A program made the position numbers and the translations under genes. From a virus (taxonomy: Duplodnaviria; Caudoviricetes), in the IMG/VR virus record IMGVR_UViG_3300006802_000101, positions 1 to 63,512 of that record: a stretch of DNA of 63,512 nucleotides. One strand, written 5' to 3'. Numbering within the stretch: the first letter of the stretch is position 1; each line of letters opens with the position of its first letter. Below are positions 47,759 through 56,900 of this stretch, in pieces. The notes under the pieces were generated by a model. It had not been told where the DNA came from. It searched no databases and saw only the letters and a program-made list of their open reading frames with translations.

Positions 47759-48409
47759 ATGGCGATTAATTTAGAACCAGACCAAGAGTTAAGGTATGAC
47801 GAAGAAACAGGAGAGTGGATATTAAGAACGTATCAGTCTCCAAAAGAAACTATAGCATTTAATGAGAAGTCAGGTAAGTGGAGTACATTCTACTCTTACA
47901 AGCCGGAATCTATGTGCTCTATAAATTCTGAGTTTTCTGTGTTTTTAGGTGGTAAAATGTTTGTATTAGGTAGAGATGAAAATACTTACAACAATCTACC
48001 AACAAAAACAGCTTTTGGACAAGTGTTGACTAAGGTGTTTCCTACGTCTGTAACTGCTGTATCTAATCAGAATCCATCTGACAACAAAATATATCAGGCT
48101 ATAGAGCTTGAATCATCTAGCTTATGGTCTGTACCTGAGATTGAAACAGAGAATGGTCAAATATCATCATTACCAGAATCAGCCTTTACAGGTAATATGG
48201 AGAATGTTTTTGAGTCTGGATACAACAAGAAAGAGAATAAATTCTTCGCTTACTTCCTTAACAACGAGAATACTCAAGGTGGATTATTAGAGGGGGATAA
48301 GATAAGAGATAATAGTTTGGTTGCTAAAATTATATACACAGCCAACAAAGCAGCTAAGTTATTTGCTGTTAATTTTAAGTTTACAAAATCCTTCAGAAGT
48401 GGGGGATAA
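47759..48409 (+). CDS. muzzle/stabilization protein C-terminal part (separate gene)
   Basis: ETIAFNEKSGKWSTFYSYKPE...NQNPSDNKIYQAIELES...KKENKFFA...LFAVN pattern. Confidence 0.6.
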   Translation: MAINLEPDQELRYDEETGEWILRTYQSPKETIAFNEKSGKWSTFYSYKPESMCSINSEFSVFLGGKMFVLGRDENTYNNLPTKTAFGQVLTKVFPTSVTAVSNQNPSDNKIYQAIELESSSLWSVPEIETENGQISSLPESAFTGNMENVFESGYNKKENKFFAYFLNNENTQGGLLEGDKIRDNSLVAKIIYTANKAAKLFAVNFKFTKSFRSGG

Positions 48410-48435
48410 TATTAGGAAAAACAATTTAATTTTTT

Positions 48436-48443
48436 TATATTTG
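48436..48443 (+). promoter_or_regulatory. -7 promoter element, near-leaderless
   Basis: TATATTTG 5 nt before the ATG at 48449. Confidence 0.55.
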
Positions 48444-48448
48444 TAGTT

Positions 48449-49189
48449 ATGGCAATACCTTTATTAGCAATAGGAATGGGAATAAGTGCTGCCGCTGGCA
48501 TAGCACAGAGTATTCAAGGTATAGGTCAGGTTAGCAAATCTCGTAAAGAGATGGAAAACCTAACTAAACCTGAATATATAATTCCTCAAGAAATAGCACA
48601 AAATTTAACTGATGCAGAGCAAAGACAATATTACGGTCTTCCTGATGCACAGAAGAGAGAGTTTTTAAACAGCATGCAACAGTCTACCACTGATGCTTTA
48701 AGGTCTTCAGCGACTAGAAGAGGTGGTTTACAGATGGTTAGCAATATACAAGAACAGCAGAATCAAATGTCTAATCAATTAATGCTCCAAGATATTCAAG
48801 CTAGAGAAGCTAAAGTTGGACAATTGATGGATGCTCGTAGAGAGATGGCTCAACAAAGACTACAAAAGTTTGCACATGAGTACAGTGATTACTCTTCACA
48901 ATTAGACTACCTTAGAAGTCAAGAGTCTGCTGGTATACAAAACATATTTGGAGGGGTTGACCAACTTGCTTCTACAGCTATAAATGCTGGAACAATGCAA
49001 TCTTTAGGAGGTTTTGAAGAGGGAGGCTTAAAAAATCTAATGCAACAAGGTGGTGGCGAAAATACAAGTAATACACTTTTAACTAAAATGCTGTTAAATC
49101 AACAAAAACAAGATTCACGTTTCTCACTAGATAATATTATTGAACGACAAGGAATGACAATTAATCCTTTAACAGGTCTACCGTATTAA
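48449..49189 (+). CDS. putative ejection (internal virion) protein
   Basis: Gly/Ala-rich hydrophobic N-terminus and Gln-rich coiled coil, pilot-protein-like. Confidence 0.6.
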   Translation: MAIPLLAIGMGISAAAGIAQSIQGIGQVSKSRKEMENLTKPEYIIPQEIAQNLTDAEQRQYYGLPDAQKREFLNSMQQSTTDALRSSATRRGGLQMVSNIQEQQNQMSNQLMLQDIQAREAKVGQLMDARREMAQQRLQKFAHEYSDYSSQLDYLRSQESAGIQNIFGGVDQLASTAINAGTMQSLGGFEEGGLKNLMQQGGGENTSNTLLTKMLLNQQKQDSRFSLDNIIERQGMTINPLTGLPY

Positions 49190-49199
49190 ATAATAGATT

Positions 49200-50984
49200 A
49201 TGGCAATTAAATATCCAGGACAAACACTACAGCAATACGGACAAGCGACTGTCATACAGATGGGTAAGGCTGATGCTGCTCAAAAAACAGCTATAGCTAC
49301 TGTCCAACAACAGCAAAAATCTAGAGCTGCTGCTTTAAAAGCTAGAAAGGCGTTAGAAAAAGATATGTTTAAGGACATTAAGGTTGATGGCGTTAGAGCT
49401 GCTGATGCTCCTTATATAAATTCAGAGTTTGACAATCTAAGACAGTATTATCAAGATAACAGAGAGTTGTATAATTTAGGTGATAGAAATGTAATAAGCA
49501 CCTTTAATGCAATGCAAAGCGAGCTTCTGAACAAAACTATAGCTTCAAAAGAAGAGCGTAAAAATGAAGATATACAGCGTCAATCTAGAATGAATGAGGG
49601 CTATAATACAGACTATAACAATTTAAACCTTAATAAAAAAATACAAACTTCAATGTTTGGTTCTGATGCTGAAACATGGAACGGAACAGAAGAAGCTCCT
49701 GGTATAGGGTCGTTTAGAATGTATCCAGATATTGACTTCGGAGAATATTACAAAGACTTCAAAGTTAATGAGCAATTCATAAATAAAGTAGAAGGTGTTG
49801 ATATGGGGACTGCTGCTGTAGCTGGTTATAATATTGATTTTGAGCCTTCCACAAAGGCTTTGATAGCTCAAGGGTCTTCAGCTTACAGTCAGTTTAAGGA
49901 TAATCCAGGTGCTGTTGTTAAGTTTAAACAAACCTACGATAACGAAACATTCTTAAATAACATACCTACTCAAATAAAAAACCTATACAGTCAAGCAAAA
50001 AAAGATGGCGATATGGATGGTATGATGACAGCTTTATCGGCTGGTCAGGTTTATTTAGCCACCGATAATAAAGATATATTCAAGCTCACATCTTTACCTT
50101 TAGGTCAACTTGGCCCTTCTATTGATGAATCTACAGATGGTAACTACTTCGTAGGAGGTAGAGAGTCTTCTGTATCGTCTTATTACTTACCTATTAATAG
50201 TAGAAGAGGTATTGGTCTTGGAAGAGGTGTGGCTGGCTCTATTGATTTAGATTTCAATGATGTAGACGACCAAATGAAATTATCTAAATTCTTTGGATAT
50301 AGTGGTGACAACGCTTGGTCTGAATGGACTAGAGATGCTGGTTATAAGGATGTTGGTGAGCATGGAGTTATGGGTGTTAGGCAGTATAATAGAATAAGCT
50401 TTAATTTGCCTAAAGGTGCTGAGGGAGCACAAAACCTATTAAATCTTTCAAATGTTCCATATACAAGAATATCTTTTAATAGAGGTAAAGATGATGCTGT
50501 AGGCATGTCAGGGCCTACTTCTGGTTCTGTAGCTATGTCTATAACTTCTCTATCCACTAGAGATGTTTATGATAAAGACATAGACTTGGTAGTTCTTCCT
50601 GGAGGAGAGGTTGTCCCTTACAATGAAAGTTATAAAGATAAAGGATATAGAATAAATGCTAAAAAAGGAGACTTTATACCTAAAATATTCTTTGATAGCA
50701 AGAATCCAGAAATAAAGAAAGCTATAATGGATGGTGGCTATATAGCTAGCGGAACAGGTGTTCCTGTTATAGAGGGTAAAAATGACGATGGGTACGATGT
50801 TGCTATAGAGATACCTTTCATTAGAGAAGGTGAAAATAAGGGTTCTTTAGACACTGATTCTGAGATATATAAGTCTTTAGTTCAGTGGTATAGAGTTTCA
50901 TTGTCAGACGCTAAAAAGTTCTCACAAGACGAATTGGATAAGTTTATTTCAGAGCTAGATAAGATGGCTCCTAAAGTAAGATAA
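49200..50984 (+). CDS. putative ejection (internal virion) protein
   Basis: 594 aa between the pilot-like and giant proteins. Confidence 0.5.
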   Translation: MAIKYPGQTLQQYGQATVIQMGKADAAQKTAIATVQQQQKSRAAALKARKALEKDMFKDIKVDGVRAADAPYINSEFDNLRQYYQDNRELYNLGDRNVISTFNAMQSELLNKTIASKEERKNEDIQRQSRMNEGYNTDYNNLNLNKKIQTSMFGSDAETWNGTEEAPGIGSFRMYPDIDFGEYYKDFKVNEQFINKVEGVDMGTAAVAGYNIDFEPSTKALIAQGSSAYSQFKDNPGAVVKFKQTYDNETFLNNIPTQIKNLYSQAKKDGDMDGMMTALSAGQVYLATDNKDIFKLTSLPLGQLGPSIDESTDGNYFVGGRESSVSSYYLPINSRRGIGLGRGVAGSIDLDFNDVDDQMKLSKFFGYSGDNAWSEWTRDAGYKDVGEHGVMGVRQYNRISFNLPKGAEGAQNLLNLSNVPYTRISFNRGKDDAVGMSGPTSGSVAMSITSLSTRDVYDKDIDLVVLPGGEVVPYNESYKDKGYRINAKKGDFIPKIFFDSKNPEIKKAIMDGGYIASGTGVPVIEGKNDDGYDVAIEIPFIREGENKGSLDTDSEIYKSLVQWYRVSLSDAKKFSQDELDKFISELDKMAPKVR

Positions 50985-50986
50985 AT

Positions 50987-53900
50987 ATGGCTGAAGAGCA
51001 AGTATTACAAGTACAGGGTGCGAATCCTGATGATAGTGATAACACTACAACGATTACTAATAGCGGAAGGGATGCATTAAGTGTATACCCTTCTTTCTAT
51101 GCTACGGCTATGGCTAACGATAGTAATCCTGAAATGATTCGCCAAAAGTTTCCTGAGCTTGATGACTCTCAGTTTTCTTTATTGACATCTAAGTTTTACA
51201 AAGACTCTAGTCAAGAGCCTCAGTATTACACCGTTCAAGAAGGTGATAATTTTGGCTCTATAGCTAAAAATAACAATCTATATCAATTTGACTTATCAAA
51301 GTTAAATCCTAGAGTAAAAAAAGATAAACTTAGTATAGGTCAGCAGTTGGTTGTTGGAGGTTCTCCAGAAGCCAACCTTTCTTCAGCTATATACAGTAGA
51401 GATGTTGATTATACCAACACTATAACTGAAAACATAAATCCTGAGCAAAAGCTAAACATTATAGGTCATATAGAAACAGGTAAGTCTGCTGAGGTTGCAA
51501 GAGGTGAAGACCCTTACTCTATAGAGAATAGTTCTGGTGCTATGGGTAGGTATCAAATCAAGTTCAATGAAAAAGGGCCTGATGCTAATTATAGAAAGAT
51601 ATTAAAAGATGGTGGTTTTGATGTAAACACAAAGGAGCAGTTTTTGGCTAATCCAAAAGCACAAGACTTTTTAATGACTAACTTGTTAAATAATGATTAT
51701 GCTAAACAAGTTACTCAGATAAGAACTCAAGCTACAAAACACTCATCTAAGTATTCTGACTTTGACATCATGATGTCTATACATAAGATAGGATACCCGC
51801 AAACATTAAAAAAATTAAAAAAGGGTAGTTTACCAGTTGGAGAGGTAAAAAACCTAAAAGGTGAAAGAATAGATGATGAGGTAGGAACTTATGTACAAAA
51901 CGGTAGAGATTTCATAAAGAATAATGGTTACGATAATCTTTTGTTTTCTCAAGAGAATAGATACTCTAGAGATGGTACTAGAATCCCTACAAACTACTAC
52001 CCTGACGGAGACCCTGAACTTGTTAGAACTGGAAAGGCTACATCTTCAGCTCTTCAAAAATCAGACAATATCAAGAACGTTATAATAAATGAAGATGAAT
52101 TAGATGACGCTGAATTTCAGTGGTATACATCTAATGATTACAAGAGATTCACAGATTTTGTTCGATTAACAAACTCTTTGGTGTCAAAGGAGGTAAATCA
52201 AGCTTTTTCATTTTTAGACCCGTCTACAGAGTTTGGAGATGTAGAATCAGCTGAAGTAGCTATTAGTAGTTACAACGAGGCTAAAAATAATATATTTGCT
52301 AATCAAGTAACTAGATTGCAAGAATACATTGAATCAGAGCCTTTTGAAAGATTGATAGCTAGTATAGGTCAGGAAGGTTCGTTCTCATCTGAAGATTTTG
52401 ACGAGGATAGCGATTTATTTGAAGTGGTTGGATTTTCAAACAAATATTTACAAGGAGAAGCTTTTCTTAGTAAAGTGTTGTATGATGAAATTGAAACACA
52501 AGTGGGTCAAGTATTTAATGAAGCTATAGTTCAAAATATCTTGCCATTATTAAGTGGTAAAGAAAATTTTGAAGAATATGAAAATTATCTTGAGGAAACG
52601 TCTAATTACAACAAAGAATACGTTGAAAAATTTCCACATTTAATTGACGGCTCTGCTGTTGCTGGAGGATTAACAAATACTACTAAAGAAGATGTTGCCA
52701 ATAGAAGGGATTATTATACATTTGCTTTTGATAAACTAGAGGGTATATTTCCAAAAGGAGTTTTAGATGGAATACCAGCGGTCATAAAAGAAGAGTTGGC
52801 TGTTAGAGCCGCTGATTCACATTGGTGGAACACTAGCGGTGCTAAAGATGAATATGACCAGATAATTGCTGAAAACCTAGAAACTTATGGTGTTATAGAC
52901 CCACATCAAGCTATGATGCAATGGAACAAAAGATATTTTGACCTGTCTCAATCAAATATATCTGAAGGAGAGATGTTTAATCAATTAGAGTCTTACGCTA
53001 AAGAATTAGGGGCTTTTGATGTAGAAACTTCTCCTTCTGCTGATGGTGGTTACAGCATGATTATAATACCAAATCAAGTAAACCAAAAATCATTTGACAC
53101 AATACAAAACTTAGCTTATCAAGATATTGAAAACAAATATCCAAAAGGAGAAGTTGATAATAGCTTGGAGTATTTTGTAAAAGAATCTGTAAATAAAAAC
53201 TCTTTGGGTTTAGCTTACACAGCTCTTACTGATAGAAAGCTATTTAGTACTTACGGGTATAATCCTTCAGAATCAGAAGGTTTTTGGACAGATGTAGGTT
53301 CTTTTGTGTTTGACCCATTATTTATGGCTGGCGGTGCTCTTGGTAAAGCTGCCGTTAATTATGGAGGTAGGTTTGTAATAAATCAGTCGTGGAAAAACAC
53401 AGTTAGAGGTGCTGCTAAATTAGAGGCTGCTGGATATACTACAGAACAAGCAACAAGAGCTTATAAGTTGTATAGTGCGGCTAAAATGAACCAAAAAGGT
53501 TATAAGTATGTTGCTACAACTGTTCCTGGAGCTACTAGTTTTGCAACATTTGATGCTGGTCAAGATGTATTTAGACAAAAAATATCTGCTGGAGAGTGGG
53601 CTGAAGTAGATTATATTCAATCACTAAAATCTGGTGGAAAGGGATTTATTTTAGGTTTTGGAGTTTCTAACGTAGGGTATGGCTTTGGTAGGATGTACAA
53701 TCAAATGGCTCAAAGAGGTATACCTAAGTATGCTGAATGGTTTGCAAAGCCTGTAGAGTTTGGAGCTGAAGTTTCTGCATTTACACTGGGTAGCTCTGTA
53801 TTACACGGAACAGATATAAAATTTCAAGATTTTGTAGAAACAGGTAAGTTTCTAGGTGGCCTTAAATTAACTCACGGTATAAGAAACGCTCCTCATAAGA

Positions 53901-56900
53901 TATTAAAGACAGCTGAAAACATAAAGAACCACAGAAGTCTTTACGCACCAAAACCAGAATCAAGATACGATGCGTTTGGAAAATTTAGTGAATCTGAAAG
54001 GAAACAAATAATTAGAGAGTTAGATTTAGAAGTTAACTCATCTCCAGATAAGGTTTTTGAATCTTTAGCTTTATCCCCAGATAATCTTATAAAAGCTTTA
54101 AATAGCAAAAACGTAGACATATATTTAAAGCAAAAGCTAAACTATGCATTCTTTAATAGTGTAGCTAATGTTACAAATAGTAAGACTGGGGATATAGATG
54201 TAGATGCTTACTTTACTACAGTTCCAAAAGATGTCAAGATGAACTCAATGGTAAATCCTAAGAGTGGTAAAATCGAGTACACTGTTGACATACTAAACAA
54301 CAAAGGTGAAAAGCTTTATACCGAAATATTTGAGTCAAAGTCAGAAGCTTTAAAAGCAGAGAAGCAATTTATAGAAGCTTCTTCACAAGGTTTTGCTTTT
54401 GAGTCAATGATAAATCTAAAAAGAGAAAGTGTTAGTGACTTCAACACCCTACTAGAAAAGAACGGTATCACAGAGTCTCACTTAGTAGAGATATTTGAAA
54501 AAGGCGTAACCAATGTAGCTCCAGAAGTCAGAAACAAAGTAATGGAGATGGCTAACGAAGCATCTGCAAAAGCTACAGAAATAAATAAAAACAAGATAGC
54601 TGAAGCTGAAGCCTTTATGCCTATGGATAAGCCTTCTGAAATGAGAAGTGGTGACCCAGCATTATACGGTCAATATTTACGCATGCAGAAAGAAGGTAAA
54701 GAAATGACTGCTGAGCAAAAAGCTGAACTTGAAAGACTTAACAATACATCAGGCAAAGAGTTAGATTCCGTTTATTCTGAGGTAATGGGTAAGGAAAGAA
54801 CTGTTGAGGTTAAAGAGCCTACTGTTGAGAAAGAAGTTAAGGAAGAAGCTCCAGAAGTCAAGACTGAAGAAGCTCCAGTAGAAGGGGAGTCTAAAACATA
54901 TTTCCATGGTTCTAAGGATAAGCCTGTAATAAGCTCTAGCATGAGTAGGTTTGAAAAGGGTATGGGTATGCACTTTGGTGTTAACAAGCAACAAGCTGAA
55001 GTTAGAAACGAAAAGAAAGGTACGAAAGACGGAAATATTTTTGAATATAATCTAGAACCTAAAAACTCTTTGAAAGTAGAAAGAGATTTTGTATGGGAAG
55101 GTAATGAAGCGGCTGAAAAAAGATTTAAAGAAGACCCTAATGCATATCTAAGAGAAAAAGAACAAAACAAAGAGTTAGGTATAGAGTCTGACTGGTTTGG
55201 AGATTACCTATTAGATAATAAAATAGTTACACAAAAAGAATTACAAAAAGACCCAAGCCCAGCTGGTATAAGAAAGTTGTTAGTAGATAAAGGGTTTGAT
55301 TCTATAAACTATTTAAATACAGGTGAGGTAGCTAAAGGCGGTAAGCCTGACCGTAGTATTATAGCTCTTACTCCAGATATTATCAAGGAGATTGGTGCGA
55401 AACCAGAAGTAAAACTGTCTAACAAAAAAGAAACGTTTACTCAAGAATTAGATAAAGCAAAATCTGAAAAACCAGAAGACTACTGGTCTGTAGATAAAGT
55501 AGATTCTAAAGACTTAAAAGGAAGTAAGCTTATAGAAGTAGATGGCGGTTATGGTGTTGTTACTAAAGAAGGTGACATAAAGGGCGTATTTAAAAAGCCA
55601 GACTCCAAAGAAAAAGGAGTAGGTGATAAGATTATACAGAAAGCTGTAGAAGAGGGCGGTAGAACGCTTGACAACTACGATGGATACCTAACTAAGATAT
55701 ATGAGAAAAACGGCTTTAGAGTTGTTTCTAGAACGCCATTTAACGAACAATACGCACCCGAAGGATATAACAAAGAAAAACATGGTACTCCTGACATTGT
55801 AACCATGATATATGACCCTCTAAAGAAGTTGGATATACAAGAAAAGACTTTTAAGGGTGAGACTGGTTATGATAAAGCTATTGAGTATAGAAACTCTTTC
55901 TTGGAGCAATCTCAAAAAGAATACAAGCCTCTATCTGAAAAGCAAAAAACTAGAAAGAAGTTTAATGAAAGAATCAAGCAGATTCGTTCAGAATATCAAG
56001 GAAAGATAGACTTGTTGAAAGAAGGAACAAGAGAGAAAGCTAACAAGATAAAAGAGGTTAGAAGCAATCTTACTGAAGTAATTAACGAAACTAACTTCTC
56101 AGGCCCTATAACAAAGAACTTACTAAAGAAAGCGAGTAATGTCAAGAATGAAAAAGGTTTAGAAAACTTTGTGCAAGAGATTGAAAAGCTAAACTATAGA
56201 AATGATGTAAAGAATATCAACGAAGACATTAACTCTCTAAAAAGAAGTGTAAGGTCTAAGTTGCAATCTGGTGAATTTGGAGATATAAAAACAAAAGCGT
56301 TGGTTAATGACCTTTTGGATATAAACTTCAGAGAGATAGAAACCACTATGGGTACAGCTGAAGGTCAGACTGGCATGAAACTACTAAATGACGTTAAGTT
56401 AGCTATGGAGCAGTTAGCAAGACCAAGGGTAGGTGCTGTAGCTGGTAAGTCTAGCCAATCAGAAATGAAGTCAATTATTGAAAATGCCAATAAGCTTGTT
56501 TCTGAATATAGAGCTAAAAAAGAGTCAGATAAAATAAAATCACAGACTGATGCTGTAACTACTGTAGAACAGGTTGAGTCTTTAGTCAAAGAGCAATTGT
56601 CTAAAGTAGAAGGTTTTGAGTTTGAAGCTGGCAGTCTTACAGGTAGTGAAGTTAGAAGTTATAGTTCAGCTGCATTACGTATAAGAAGAGCTCAACAAAA
56701 ATTAAATGAAGCTTTAGATGCTGGTATAATAGAGTCAAAAGTATACAACGAACTTAGTGATAAGATAGAGATAGCTTCTGAAGAATTGTTGAGTAAAAGA
56801 GGAGAGTTTACAAAAGCTTCTTATAATGAAGGAATAGAGTATATGAGAGAAGTTTTAAATAACTTTGAATCTTACCCTAACTACACTTCACAACAAAAAG

